This document shows positions 12,123 through 26,118 of a stretch of DNA of 64,000 nt, piece after piece. Position 1 is the stretch's first letter, and every line of letters begins with the position of its first letter. The translations under genes were made by a program, and so were the position numbers. Below the pieces are notes generated by a model, which did no database searches, was not told the DNA's origin, and worked only from the letters and a program-made list of their open reading frames with translations. Source of the stretch: the human T2T-CHM13v2.0 reference genome, Homo sapiens; the NCBI RefSeq assembly GCF_009914755.1, contig NC_060926.1; one strand, given 5' to 3'.

Positions 12123-15014
12123 TCCACTAACAACCAGACCTCCGTGGTGGAGGTCACTCCTGGGGGCATTAATGCCCTGGCACTTCCAGTCTGCCCCACA
12201 TTCTGGCTTCCCTTGCTCCCAGGACCCATGGGTGTCTGGAGGCAGAGAGACACAGGAAGCCTCCTACTAGGGAACTGTCAGTCAGTTAGTGGCACCAGGT
12301 TAGCATACAGGCAGGACATCCATAGTGACAATGTCTGCTGCCGGCATTATGGTTTGGTGATCTGTTCAGGAATGCAAATAGATTGCTGTGCTCTGACCAG
12401 GACAAAATGGGGGCTTCAGGCTATGATATTTCCAGGCCTCTGTTAGGAAAAAATAAGTATTTTCCACAGGTAGGGTTACTTTAATTTTCCTTTCCTGATG
12501 ATCTGAAGGTTTATTTCATTTTCTTCCTACCACTTTTCCCACCACTTCCCAATTTGATTGGTTGTTATTAATCAAGAAGGGAAGTGTTTTGAGTTCAGAA
12601 CACTTACATCTTTTAGCAAGAAAAAGATGTAAAAATGCTCTTTGAAGAGGAGCTCTAAGCAACAAGTCTTATAGTAGGCAAGTAGTGTTAGTTCCCTTCC
12701 AACGTAGCCCCCTGAAAATAAAGGACCATATGTGTAATAGGTAAAATGCTGAGAATCATATCCCTTGTGTGGTTATAAATGGGATCAAAATGAGATAAGT
12801 ATATGAAAGTACTGTTGTAAACTGTAAAAGGCAAAAATGAGTTACTCTGGGATCTTTGTGACTTATTATTACACTAGTTCAGAGGGACCATGGGTCAAGG
12901 CAATTCCTCAGAAATAGGGCACCTGCAAAGAATAAAAGCTTCCTAGAACCTGGTTAGCATATAATATTATATGTCCGTCGAAATGTGTGTTCCACTCTAT
13001 TAGCATACTTTAAACACAACTTAAAGCTCCTTTACGATATTCAGACAATAAAAGCAATTTTTAGCTGTTGAGAAAACATTCTGTTCCACATGTTAGATGA
13101 CATACCATTTGTTGTAATTCCAGCATCCCTGAATGTTCTACATTTATTTGTAATTTAATAGAATCAGTATTCTGCCTTTGGGATATTATAGTGCAATTTC
13201 ATGTGTACCATTAAAAATACAGCTGATATATTCTACAGCCTGACTTAGCTGCAAATGTTGAGAAATTATGGACGCTGCACGACAAAAATGAAGAAACATG
13301 AAAGCTTAAGAAAAATGAAGAATCTAATTTAAAAGAATGAAAAAGGCAGAGATAAAATCAGGACAGTGACTGATCCAGCACCATGCACTAATATATCTTT
13401 TATACTTTCTCTTCTTAAACTGAATAATAGAGGTAGGTCAGAATTTGCATTGGTGTGAATCACTCAGATGAAGAGATAGAAGGAGACATATATATTATCT
13501 GGTCAATTTTAACAGATACAGTTCAATTGCTCAATGGTTCATCTGTCTTTTCTGAGCCAGATTTGAACAAAGGTGACCCTCAGAACTTGTTACAAGATCT
13601 TGTTATTTGAAAAATTTTTTCTTTTTGTGTTTTCTTGAGACAGCCTCTAAGATTAATGTCTAAAATAAACTCAGCTGTTGAGAAAATTTTAAAGATACCA
13701 TCAGGAAAGTAATTCAACATGTCCCCAGTGCTTTTAACTCCAGTGATGAAATTCTAATCTGTAACAAACTTGGAAAAGAACAACAACAATACTTGGGTTT
13801 TCATACCTCCTTATGTATGTCTTTCGGCTAACAATTTTAGCTTCAATTTCATCCAAGGCAAATTAAATTAAACATCACTAGAATTCTGTGGGCATCTTCC
13901 TTCTCCTCAAATCATCCCAAGGAATACAGTAGGCACAAATTAAAATATTAAAGATGTCACGAATTTGGCAGAACAGTACAATATTGTTTAAGTACACACA
14001 CAAAAAAGGGAACGGGGCAAGGGAGAGGAGAGTGCTTAACTAAGAGTCAGTTCTATTCCTGGCTCTGCTATTCAACTGCTAGGTGACCTTTCCTAGCCTC
14101 AACTTACTTAGTTGGGAAATGAGTTGTAACACAAGGATTTGACTGCCTGTGAGCATTAAAATGCCATGTTCATGTACTTTCACCCTGTCTTATAATTGTC
14201 TGTTGACTTATCTGTGTCATCTAGCCCAATACCTAGTATATAGCAGGACTCAATAAAAATTTGTTAACTTAATGGATAATCACATGTAAATAAATATCTC
14301 TCTCTGTTCACACGGATATGTTCACTGAGGACATAGTCACTGGCCAAAGATGATAACTTATCTAACTGATGACCACAGATGCCTCACATGCCTGTGACCT
14401 CAGGAAACATCATGATGACGTGAAGTAAAAGGCATGTCTGAGTATCTGGGTATTATATCTTTTTCTTGCATGCTCAATACATTTAAGGGACAGATGGCAA
14501 AATAACACAATAATTGCAGGCTTCCATATTTCTAGAAGTGCTTTCTACTGAGCATAAATTCACAACACTTTAAAATTTGAAGGACTCACTTCATTGAATT
14601 CATCAAATATTTAGGAATAGTATAATGCTGCTTAGGAAAGGACTGCTTAGGTGCTATGTCTCGAATGTTTAGTTAGACATCTTGTTGTAACATCAGAATG
14701 TTGCGCTAAGCCACCATGTGCTCTTTTGGGATAATACACTGATGATGGGATTGAGTACCCCAGAGGAATTTCCAAATGTCATAAATTTCTATGGAAAATG
14801 ACAACGAAGTCCCACAAAAATATATATTCTAAACTGAGATGAAATTTAGCCATGTGCTAAATTAAAACATGTGACCATCTTTGGAGGGCACTTGGACATT
14901 ATATTATTTTTGTCTTTGAACATTAATAAGATAACCTCATGTAAGATGTTAAAAGGTGATAAAAAAAAATACTATCAGAACTATCTCAGACCTAAAGCCA
15001 GGGCAGTAAGAGAC

Positions 15015-15282
15015 CATTTTGTATGATACTGTAATGTGGATATGTGACACTGTGCATTGACAAAACCCACAGAACTATATAACACAAAGAGTGAACCATG
15101 GACTTCGGTTAATAATAATGTGTCAATATTGGCTCACCAATTATAACTGATGTATTGCACTGATGCACGATGTTTGTAGTAAGGGAAACTGAGTGGGGGA
15201 ATATATGGAAACTTACTGTACTGTCTGAGCAATTTTCTATAACTCTAAAGCTGCTCTAAAAATAGTCTATTAATTTAAAAAA
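15015..15282 (+). mobile_element. L1MC/L1MD 3' end
   Basis: tgtatgatactgtaatgtggatatgtgacactgtgcattgacaaaacccacagaactat...ctaaagctgctctaaaaatagtctattaa. Confidence 0.75.
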
Positions 15283-16559
15283 TACTATAGGAGCTATTCT
15301 ACCTAAAGCCACCAACTCAGCAAGTTGCTATATCAATTATGAGCAAAAGAATTCATTTACATCATGAGTGGTGGTTTTACTCGAAGACGATAATGATAGA
15401 GGATGTAGTGTTTTGGTATGGAAAGTCCTTTAGTAGCTCCAGACACTGGATATAGAATACAAGAAGTATTTAAAAAGACCCACATAATCTTTAAAGACAG
15501 GTCTTCTGATTTTGTGCCTCATACTTAGCTCTGGCAAATTCGACATAACTAAATGATGGGATCAGAAGAACATGCCCACAGTCAATGGCATATTGGATGA
15601 TATCTGGGAAGTTATACAACAAACAAAAAGTTAACACAAAAAAGCAAGCTGTCAGAGCATACAAGAGCAAGAAAAAACCAAGGAGATGATCCTTAGTCAG
15701 GCCCTTCTTCTTAGGTAAGGAAAAATAGGCTGAAATGTATGTCCTCTGTGACATGAATAGCCCTATGGAAAAAAATTAATCTCTGGCCAAATTATAGGGA
15801 TATTTGAGCTATTTCCTGAGCGACAGATTAATATTTAACTTGTGAATACTGTGAAGTTTATAGGCAATTGCTTTTCCCTTTTTCATTTAGCTGCAAGAAA
15901 GCTCAGTACCAGATTTGTGGTGCATTTCCAGCAAGTTTATAGGTTAAACCTTACTCCTGACTAATCTTGCTTTCTCACCCATCTGTGCAATGTTTTGACT
16001 TGCTGCTATCTTGCTGTGTTGAATGTGAGGTGAGTGACCTTGAACAGTCCCTCTCCCTTGCTCACCCCCCTAACTCCCTTCACTCCAGTCGGGGAGAAAC
16101 GTGTGAGTTAGAATAAAACATTTAGAAAAATGATGATCAAGGAAAAAATATTTCAGAATGGTGGTATACATCCTAAATGACTTAGACAGAGGTCCATGTA
16201 TTCCTTCATCAAAATAAGGCAAGTGTTACTATCTTCCAAGGACTAAGATCAGGGTGATGTGAACTGAGGAATAGGCATTCCTCTTGAAATTAAAGTGTGT
16301 ACATTTTCCTAGGTGCTATTATACAAGAGGATCTATTGAGTAGAGAAGGGAAAATGCCATAATATTTATTTTTGTATAGTTTTTATTTAAGCTCTACTGA
16401 GAATTTAGTGTAAAAATGACCATGGCCACATCATGTGGTCAGTATGCCAAGATACTGGTGTCACGGGATTCGTGAGGAATTCCTAATGAAGAGTAAGAAT
16501 TCCACAATGTAGTCATCATTTTATTGCGGTTCGCATGTGCCCTGCTTATTCATTAGCTC

Positions 16560-17170
16560 TCACAAAAAGGACAATACCCATAATGCACAAAGTCTCCTTA
16601 CAACTAACAAGGAACAGGCCCAATAACAAAGGTGCCAAAGATATGAACAGGCAACTCCCAGAAGAGTAAAATCCAAATGCTGACAGACATATAAAAAGTA
16701 GCTCAAAATTACAAACAAGTCAGAGAAATGCAAATTAAAGTAACAATGAGAAAGTGTGCATTGGTTTGACAAAAAAATATGAAGAGCCATTATACCTTAG
16801 GCAAAAGAGTATTCCTGTGCATTGCAAGTAGAAATGAGAACTGTTACAGGTAAGATGCAGGCAATTATGTATAATATGATTCCACATTGATGAACCAGCA
16901 CCAAAAAGCCCTCTGTCTAGGTGGATATATTTAATACATATGTGTTTACATGTACATGAGCACAGAGAGACATATAGAAGGATATGGGTACTGGATTATT
17001 AACATGGGTAACCTTTTGGGGTAAGGAGGTCTAATGTGGATAGAATAGAATGGAGGGGAAGGGGAATGCAAAACAAAATGAGAAAAAAATTACACTAAAA
17101 GCAGCATGTATAACATGAATACACTTTGAATTTGTGTATAATTTAACACAGAGGAACTTAAAAATAAAGT
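16560..17170 (+). mobile_element. Degraded L1M fragment (end of ORF2 and 3' UTR)
   Basis: caaagatatgaacaggcaact...agtcagagaaatgcaaattaaagtaacaatgaga. Confidence 0.6.
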
Positions 17171-17189
17171 GGAAAATAAAACTTCTTCA

Positions 17190-17596
<407 letters not shown>

Positions 17597-18329
17597 TCAA
17601 TCTCAAGTAGCAGACATCTCCCAGAGAGTGGCCATCCCCCACCCCGCCGCATGCAAGGGTAGCAGCATAAGCCCTCTCCTGCATCCCTTATTCATGGTAT
17701 AAGAAACAATGATTCCTTCTGGGATCAAGTTCGGGACATGAATGAGCTATATGAACAGTCCAGGCTACCAGTGTAACTGCTGCCACCCACACCAACATCC
17801 AAATTGGGTCCTAATGCCACTGAATTACAGATGTAAAGGGTTCCTGGGTTTTGCAGTCTAACCTCTCAGGCAGGGGGTCATCCTTTTCTCTAGAGCTTCG
17901 TTGAAAATTAACACTATCTCTTCCTGGACACTCCAGCACTGACAGCACCAGGGGCCTCCTAGAACTGGCTTCCAGTAATTCTATTTCTGCACCATGGAGC
18001 AACACAGAACAAGTTCTCCTCCACATATGTGCTATAACTCTTTAAAAAGTTGAAGACAGCAAAATTATATCGATTCGTCTAGCTGTTTCAGAACCAAAGA
18101 ACCCCAGATTCCCAAATGATGCTTCACTGGGCGTGGTTTCCAGTCTCTCACAATCCTGGGTGGTGCTTTGGCTGTTCACGTGCTTCTTAAAATAGGGTCC
18201 GCAGAACAGAACTGAGTTTTTAGCCATGGTCTGGCCTGTCCAGAAGATGGCAGGGAAAGGATGATCCTGTTTCCATGAATGCTGCCCAAGACAACACAAA
18301 CATTGATTTTGTGTGTTTGTTTGTTTGTA

Positions 18330-18354
18330 TGTGTGTGTGTGTGTGTGTGTGTGT
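18330..18354. repeat. (TG)n microsatellite
   Basis: About 12 TG units preceded by (GTTT)n. Confidence 0.95.
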
Positions 18355-18571
18355 TTGTTTAAGAATTACTTTGGCAGCTCAGTTTGAAGTTGTGATCAAT
18401 TTCAATATTTCAAAATTAACTGCTTCTGTATTAGGAATTTAACTTATGGCAATTGATTGTACATGTCTAGAAAAGCAATTGTTTTTAACTTTTTGTTCCT
18501 GATTTTAGCCTAGGATTCCAAACTGCTGTGATCACTTCACTTGTCAGTTCTGCTATCTGTTCTATTTGCTG

Positions 18572-19032
18572 GTATATTGCCGCATGAGAAATTACCCTGA
18601 ATCTTAGCATTTTAAAATAATTAACATTTATGGCTTCACACAGTTTCTGTGGGTGAGGAGATCGAGATCAGCCTAGCTGTGTGCTTCTGGTTTAATATGT
18701 TTCATGAGGCTGGGGGTCGTGATGTAGACCAAGGCTCCAGTCATCTGAGGACCTCACTGGACTGGAAGAACAGTGTCCAAGATGGCTTCCTCCCATGACA
18801 GGCAAAGTGATGCTGGTTTTTGGCAGGAGTCCTCAGGCCTTGTGGACCTCTGCACTGAGCTGACTGAGGAGAGGTGGCTGGTTTTCCCCAGTGTGATGAG
18901 CCAAGAGAAAGATCCTTCGAGGAGGAAGCTGCGACACCATCCATGTGCTTAGAAGTCACGCAGTCACTTCTGCAAATTATATGATGAGAATTAGCTCTGC
19001 CTTTTGAAGGAAGAAATGCCAAAGAATGGTGG
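18572..19032 (-). mobile_element. MLT1 (ERVL-MaLR) LTR
   Basis: cacacagtttctgtgggtgaggag...cagtcatctgagg...tccaagatggcttcctcccatg...tagaagtcacgcagtcacttctgc. Confidence 0.7.
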
Positions 19033-19104
19033 ACATATTTTAAAACCACAATGGCTGATTTTTCTGCAGACTGAAAAAAGGAGGGGAGGCATCAAAAGAT
19101 TACT

Positions 19105-19305
19105 AAACAGGCTTGGGTTTGAATCCTGCCTCTGCCACTCTGTAACTTCGGGAAAATTATTAGCCTTTCTGAGTCTCTGTCTTCCAACCGTGAGATGGAG
19201 ATAAATACAGCATGAACCTCATTGAGTTGTAGTGGCAGTTAAATTGGATGAAATATGTAAAATGCCTAGTACAGTGTCTGGCATAATAACACTAAACTGC
19301 TGTTA
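19105..19305 (+). mobile_element. MIR SINE
   Basis: cttgggtttgaatcctgcctctgccact...ctgagtctctgtcttcc...cctagtacagtgtctggcata. Confidence 0.75.
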
Positions 19306-19930
19306 CATCTTCATTCAATTAGTTGATAGAGGGGCTGAAAAAATAGAACACTGTTGTTTGAACAAAAGGCCATCTTGCTATGTATCTCAGAAGGTGACAG
19401 GTGTAGAAATATGAGTCCCTTTCTCCATGGCTGGAGTGCCAGGCATAAAGAAACAGAACAGAAACCTGGTAATCAGGACCGGGACACAAGATTCAAAAGA
19501 TCAGAGCCAGACAAAAGGATACACAGTGAATTTACAAACTGAGTAAACTTTGTGTGCACCAACTAAACAATATTTAAATCTCGTATCCTTTTTTATGGAA
19601 AAAGTTATCTTTGAAAGAGGAGTATACTGAAAAGCAATCTATGTTCTTTAAACACATCGAAGAGTAGCCTAAATAAAGTGAAATTTTTTTTAGAAATCGC
19701 AAGTATTTTATTATCTTCAGCACTCATGTAGATACATGAAGGATACTGTAAATCCTAAGCTATATGAAACATGTGGTAGAATAAGTTTAGTTTTCTTTCT
19801 TTTTTAATATGAAAATGTAAAAGAAGGCATCGAATAAAATAAACTTATAATTGAGCTTTACAGTGTCAAAAAATCAAGATTTAGATATTCTATAGCTTGT
19901 TTTTCTAACTTTCATACAGTGCTTTGCATT

Positions 19931-20230
19931 GTTTTTTTTTTTTTTTTTGAGACGGAGTCTCGCTCTGTCGCCCAGGCTGGAGTGCAGTGGCGGGATCTCG
20001 GCTCACTGCAAGCTCCGCCTTCCCGGGTTCACGCCATTCTCCTGCCTCAGCCTCCCGAGTAGCTGGGACTACAGGCGCCCGCCACTACGCCCGGCTAATT
20101 TTTTGTATTTTTAGTAGAGACGGGGTTTCACCGTTTTAGCCGGGATGGTCTCGATCTCCTGACCTCGTGATCCGCCTGCCTCGGCCTCCCAAAGTGCTGG
20201 GATTACAGGCGTGAGCCACCGCGCCCGGCC
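19931..20230 (-). mobile_element. Young AluY of the Ya5 lineage with perfect 14-bp TSD
   Basis: Almost all CpGs are intact. Reverse complement has CCCGGCTAAAACGG, GCGTAGTGGC and GATCCCGCC. TSD CAGTGCTTTGCATT at 19917-19930 and 20231-20244. Confidence 0.95.
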
Positions 20231-20354
20231 CAGTGCTTTGCATTTTTAAAGTTCGTTTTAAACATGAACTAATCTTTACAATACCTCAGGCCAGAGAAAC
20301 TATAATTTTTTGCATATATTGTTCTATTTATTGTTTTAGACTACATTTGTTAAT

Positions 20355-20478
20355 GTATGTTCTCACTTGTTTGGGGGAGCTAAAAATTAAAACAATTGAA
20401 CTCATGGAGATAGAGAATAGAAGGATGGTTACACAGGCTGGTAAGGGTAATGGGGAAGTGGAGGATAAGTGGAGATGT
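20355..20478 (+). mobile_element. L1MA 3' UTR fragment
   Basis: atgttctcacttgtttgggggagctaaaaattaaaacaattgaactcatggagatagagaatagaaggatggtt. Confidence 0.75.
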
Positions 20479-20481
20479 GTG

Positions 20482-20870
20482 TTTTTTTTTAATTTTTTTA
20501 TTTCTATAGGTTTTTGGGGAACAGATAGTATTTGGTTACATGAGTAAGTTCTTTAGTGGTGATTTGTGAGGTTTTGGTGCACCCATCTCCTGAGCAGTAT
20601 ATGCTGCACCCAATTTGTAGTCTTTTATCCCTCACCCCTTCCCATACTTTCCCCCTGAGTCCCCAAAGTCCCTTCTGTCATTCTTATGCCTTTGCATCCT
20701 CATAGCTTAGCTCCCACTTATGAGTGAGAGCATACAGGGTTTGGTTTTCCATTCCTGAGTTACTTCACTTAGAATAATAGTCTCCTATCCCATCCAGGTT
20801 GCTGCAAATGCCATTAATTCATTCCTTTTTATGGCTGAGTAGTATTCCATTGTGTATATATATACCACAA
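20482..20870 (-). mobile_element. L1PB 3' end
   Basis: T-rich tail, then ggttacatgagtaagttctttagtggtgatttgtgag...ctcccacttatgagtgagag...ttcctttttatggctgagtagtattcc. Confidence 0.85.
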
Positions 20871-22004
20871 CAGAGAAACCATTATTATCTCTATTTTATA
20901 GATGGAGACATTGCAACACCAAGACCAACCGTGTCTCAGTTTCTTAAGAAATTAGAATTTGGGACCCAGTTAGAAATATGGCTTTTCTACTGCTTCATTG
21001 ACTGGGAAGCTATTATAGTGTCAAGCATTGTAAAATAATTTTGTGTATTCCCAGCCATTTGACAAATGAAAATGAAGGTAATAACTCTAGCATGCTTTGC
21101 AATATCCAAACTTACAGGCCATTACCTAACAGTAAGAAAAAACAAAAAGACTCCATCACCAGATTTATGAGGGCTTTCTTAAATCTGTGAAAACATATCT
21201 TGTTTCCAATCTAGGTGAAAGTGCATTTACTTTCTTCTTTGCAAGACCGATTTTAAGAATGTCCTAACCATCCTCGGGAACTTGAGAGAGACCTGCCAGC
21301 CCTCCTGGTTTTCATACACTGTCGTTTATTCATTTACGGCTCAGCATTTACTATGGTAACAGATCATCAGGTACTCATGACAATATTTGGCAGTTCACAG
21401 TTCAAGGCAGCAATGTGCTCTGAGTGATGGGGTTTAAAATATCTACATGGTTATGGTTATAAAATTGTGCAGGGGCCAGGGAAAGCAAATAATGCAGCAG
21501 ATTATATTTCAATGCACCCATTAGAGGATCAGCATGAGACACCATCAGCAGCAGAGGAATTCATCAACTTCACAGGCACCCAAGCAGTGTTAAAAGCTTT
21601 AACTTTGCTAGAAATATAACAAGTAATAAAAACAGACAAGACCTGAAATGGTCTAATGGACCTAGCACAAATGTGGCAGAAGATTAACAGCACTAAATTC
21701 TCAGGCATGGAAACTTTCCCCAACATTCAGTAAGCAGTTTCTTGAAATTAAGGACCTTCAGTACAAACATGAGTGTCAGCATGAATAAGTTCCTGGATGG
21801 ACAAACTTTGTTCCACATAGTTGTACTGAGTTCACGTTCTTAAAGACTGTGTTCAAGTTTTTACATTAATGCATTTTACCTTAATGCACTGCTGTAAATC
21901 CTTTTAAATCAATTTGTCACCTTTTTATCTAAGATTGATAAAAAATTTTTCTTTCTTTTAGTCACACTTGTGTCAAGGGGCATCTACCTGAGCCTTCCAG
22001 AACA

Positions 22005-22500
22005 TTTATTTAAAATTTTTATTACAGCATATTTGAGTTGTATAGAAAGGTATACAAATAACATCATAAATTCCATCTCACTCAGGAACCAACTATAGAA
22101 TTAAAATATTGCCCATACACTGAAAGCCCTCTATAAACTTTTCCTCAAATGTACTCCACCCTTTGCTCTCAGCAAGAACCCCTCTGCTGAGTTTGGGATT
22201 TATCATCACTAACGTCTAGCTAATGTGTAGACAGTGAACAGCTAGTGTATAGACAAATTACATCTATCTACTATATGTATGTCTCTAAGCAATATTTACT
22301 ATTGTTTTGCATGGTTTTAAACTTCATATGGATGACATAACTTAAGTGTACCATAAGTATACTTTTGCAACTTGCATTTTTGTTCAACATCATTTTTGTA
22401 AAACTCATTCTTGTTGATACCTGTGGCTTTAGTTCATTCATCTTCATCACTGTATAATGTTCCTTTGTATGGTGATATCACAAATTATTTATTCATTCCC
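22005..22500 (-). mobile_element. Old L1ME 3' fragment
   Basis: cttttgcaacttgcattttttgttcaacatcatttttg...gtggctttagttcattcatcttcatcactgtataatgttcc. Confidence 0.6.
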
Positions 22501-23519
22501 CTAAAAATATTTTCTGTAAAGCAGCTTGTGATTATCACATAAACTACAAGCAAATTTTTAAATTTGCAGTGTGCATTAAAGTTATTGAAAAAAGTGAGCA
22601 CTTGAATATAGTGGGATGTATTTCCCAGTGGCAGACTTGGAACCATACATACTGCCTGCTTTTGAATATTTGTGACTATACCGTTTATTTTGCTAAACAT
22701 ATGTAATGATCAATTTTTAAACATATGCAATTATAAAAATTTAAGCATGTGCAATGATCAGATTTATTGTTATTCATATTACTATTATTTTGTTCTGAAA
22801 TAGGTAGCCAGCCTGTATGTCTGTCAAGACCCATGGCATTGCCTCATTCTATATATTCTTAATGACTAATTACTGCCTCATTGTATCCATGAACATTTAC
22901 AAGTGGTTCTCATTTGAGAATAGAATTAATGCTTTGTTGGATACATTTCTATTGACCAAAGATAGCTATGGAGAAGGAAACTTCCTCTCCACAATATAAA
23001 TCTTAACAAGTACAACAACAAGAAATATGAGAGGAGTAGACAAAAGGCTGAAGGGAAAAGCATGTAAGTGAGTCACATATGTACTCTGAGTTTATTTTTC
23101 TTCTAATATGTCACATATTGGCAATTATATTATTTTTCAACATATTAGTACAAAACCTGACAATACTATTGTAATCTGCCATCTCTTAGGTGTTTCAAAG
23201 TTAAAACAGGCTTTTGCAAGTGGCAAGGGAATAGTTGTACATAAAAAATGTTTAGGCAAAGATTAATCATAATTCTAATTCACAATAAATAACTTAAACA
23301 AGAGCAGTACAATTGATGCATAGCTACATAGACATAAATGATTCCTATCCAACAAGTTACTCCTTTGAAATAACATGCATTTTCAATCAATAGATGAAGT
23401 GCACATTATCTTACAATGCCTCTGGGAGAACAAAGAAAAACTCTGAAAGCAAGAATCGGCAACCCATGGCATATATACTGATTGCTCTGGCCATACTTCT
23501 TTCCCATGCTTTTTTAAAA

Positions 23520-24013
23520 AGATGATTTAACTTATTTTACCTTGTGTAAAGCAATTTTTATTCAAAAAAATACATGATCATTTTGGAAAATTTGGATAGC
23601 CCAGAAAAATTACAAAGAAGAAAATAAAACTTCATGCTAATCTTTTCACACATAGCCATTGTTAATATTTTAATATATACATATTCTCTCATCTATGTAT
23701 ATATGTTCATTTTTAACAAAACATGAATATATTATAGAAATTATTTTATGACCTTTTTCACTATGCAATATATCATGCATTTTTTTCCATAGCATTATTC
23801 TTCTTTATTCTCATTTTTAATGGTTTTATGTTATTCCATCATGTGAATGGGCCATAATTTATTCACTACGACTCAATTTTTGGACATTTGTTTTCAGGTT
23901 TTTACCCTTATCAGGAATGTTATAGTTAGTATCCTTACTGATAAATCTTTATATTCATCCATGATGAGTCTCCTAGCATAAATGTTTAGAATGTGATAGC
24001 TGAGTGAAATACT

Positions 24014-24048
<35 letters not shown>

Positions 24049-24112
24049 ATGTTTTTCTTATGTGCTGCCCAACTGTTGTCCAAAGAAGTTGTACCAATTT
24101 TTATCTCACCAT
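23520..24112 (-). mobile_element. Old L1ME/L1MC fragment containing a (CA)n(TA)n tract
   Basis: tgttattccatcatgtgaatgggccataatttattc...tggacatttg...ccaaagaagttgtaccaattt; microsatellite at 24015-24048. Confidence 0.6.
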
Positions 24113-24149
24113 CTCATTTTCTCAAACAATGCTTTAATACATTTCACGA

Positions 24150-24586
24150 ATGACCTCAAGTCTTCACTACTCCCTGTATCCACATCCTTTGCCATGTGAC
24201 CTTGCCCTGGCCTCCTGTTATGGTTGTTCCTGACTTTGACCATGTGAACTTTCTTTGATCAATGGGATCTTAGCAGTTATAATGCATGGCAAGTCTTTAC
24301 AACTGCTTAGGTGATTGAGCTTGGTCTCTTGTGCCAATGCTCTTGCCTAGGCTAGCCTACTGGTCCCAGGAAGAAGATGAAATACAATCACATAAGAAAC
24401 ACCCTCCAGCCAGCCATAAAGTGTGTGATGGAGTTCAGCAGAGACCAGAAAATTCACTCAATTGAGCCCAGTCAAGATCAGCCAACCCCCACCTGACCCA
24501 AAGACTTGTAAAAACAATACATTATTGGTTTATTTAGCCACTAAGTTTGAGGGTAGTTTGTCACGCAGCAAAAGCTAACTGATATA
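24150..24586 (+). mobile_element. MLT1 (ERVL-MaLR) LTR
   Basis: tactccctgtatccacatcctttgccatgtgac...ttagccactaagtttgagggtagtttgtcacgcagcaaaagctaactgata. Confidence 0.7.
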
Positions 24587-24817
24587 GTTGTCAGTCCTGC
24601 TCTTCCCAGATGTTTTACTGTTAAAGTCTGGATAAAAGTTGACCAAATACAAAGCATTTTCACATTCATTATTAACATAATTGTATAGATTAAAAAAACC
24701 AAAGTTCAGAAAGATAATGATTTTCCCAAACGATCTCAGTTACTAAGTGGCAGAGTCAAGGTTCGGAGATTGTATAACTGTGCTCTTTTCTCTATTCCAA
24801 CATTTCTCTGTTTTCAG

Positions 24818-24970
24818 AAAATAAATATTTTAGGTTTTTCAGGCAATATGTTCTCTTGCTGTGATTACTCAACCCTACTATTGTAGCACAAAAGCAGCCA
24901 CAGACAGTGCATAAATGGCATGGCTGTGTTCCAATAAAACTTTATTTATAAAAACCATCTTGGCCACCCC
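24818..24970. mobile_element. MER58A hAT-Charlie relic
   Basis: taaatattttaggtttt...actcaaccctactattgtagcacaaaagcagccacagaca...ggctgtgttccaataaaactttatttataaaaac. Confidence 0.75.
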
Positions 24971-25071
24971 GCCAGGAAAGTCTGTAACTGGCACATCCAC
25001 CACTTAAATGACTAGCAAATTTCCCATTAGTACATTCCCCATGAGTACTAATGAAGGTGCTGAAAATTTGG

Positions 25072-25097
25072 CACACACACACACACACACACACACA
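25072..25097. repeat. (CA)n microsatellite
   Basis: About 13 CA units. Confidence 0.95.
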
Positions 25098-26092
25098 GAC
25101 ATACAGTATCTGTGTGTATGTATGTATATGTATGCTAAGATTTCATAGATTTGGAAGTGACAAAGATTCATCTTGTTCAATTTCATTTGAAAACTGAAGC
25201 TACCAGGGAACTGCAGTCCAAAAAAAAACAACAACAATTGGTAATTTACCTCCTTGAAAGCGATCACAGGTCGAAGGCCTACTGCTGCAAAGGAGATGAT
25301 GGTTGAAAAAATGTATAAACGGCTGCTGGTCAATCATGAAAACAGAAAATAACCGAGCAGAATCCATCAAAATAGGTGATGTGTGAAAATGAGAATTTCC
25401 CAACTTGGTTCACAAAGGAGCAATTTGAAATGAAAATCCATGAATGCATGAATGAATGAATGAGTGATTGAAGAGGTGCTTAGGGAGCTAATGTCAACCC
25501 AACTCGATCTCAGTAAAGGTTAATTGAGACAAGGCAGCTGTCTCATCTGCTGGGGGGTGCAGCCATATTGAGAGGCTTGGCAGAAGCAATATTCTGCACA
25601 ATTTTAAAGCGATCAGAACCATTTTCAGTGATCCCTGTTTTCAGGAGAGCTCAACTACGGGGACACAGAATATAGAAAGGAGCAAGGAATCATGCTGAAT
25701 TTTAGGATTGAGTCTCAGCTCTGCCACTTCCTAGCCAAGTGACCTTAGCAAACCCCCATCCCACAAGCCCTTATTAATGAATATAAAGACAATAATAGGT
25801 GCTACATTATAGGATTGTTTTGATTATTAAAAAAGGCAATGCACGTAATATGCTTAGTACAGTCTCTGGCCACGTGGAAGAAACAGATAAATTAATAGCT
25901 ATCTGCTAAGACCAGGGCTGGATGCTGAGGATAAAATGGGATCCCTGACCTTGAAAAACTCAAAGTCTAGTGGGAGACACAGATATATAAATAGACAACT
26001 ACAATAAAGTGAGGAATATCGTAACAAGGACATATCTTGGAGAAAAAGAGTGGAATGACAAATTAATTCTCTCCATTGAGACTTAGAGGTTC

Positions 26093-26118
26093 TGTGTGTG
26101 TGTGTGTGTGTGTGTGTG
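26093..26118. repeat. (TG)n microsatellite
   Basis: About 13 TG units. Confidence 0.95.

Noticed and set aside
12604-12632. Hairpin TTACATCTTTT-7nt-AAAAGATGTAA
   Set aside because: Short AT-rich stem, plausible by chance; bacterial-style terminators do not apply, and it is too short for a pre-miRNA.
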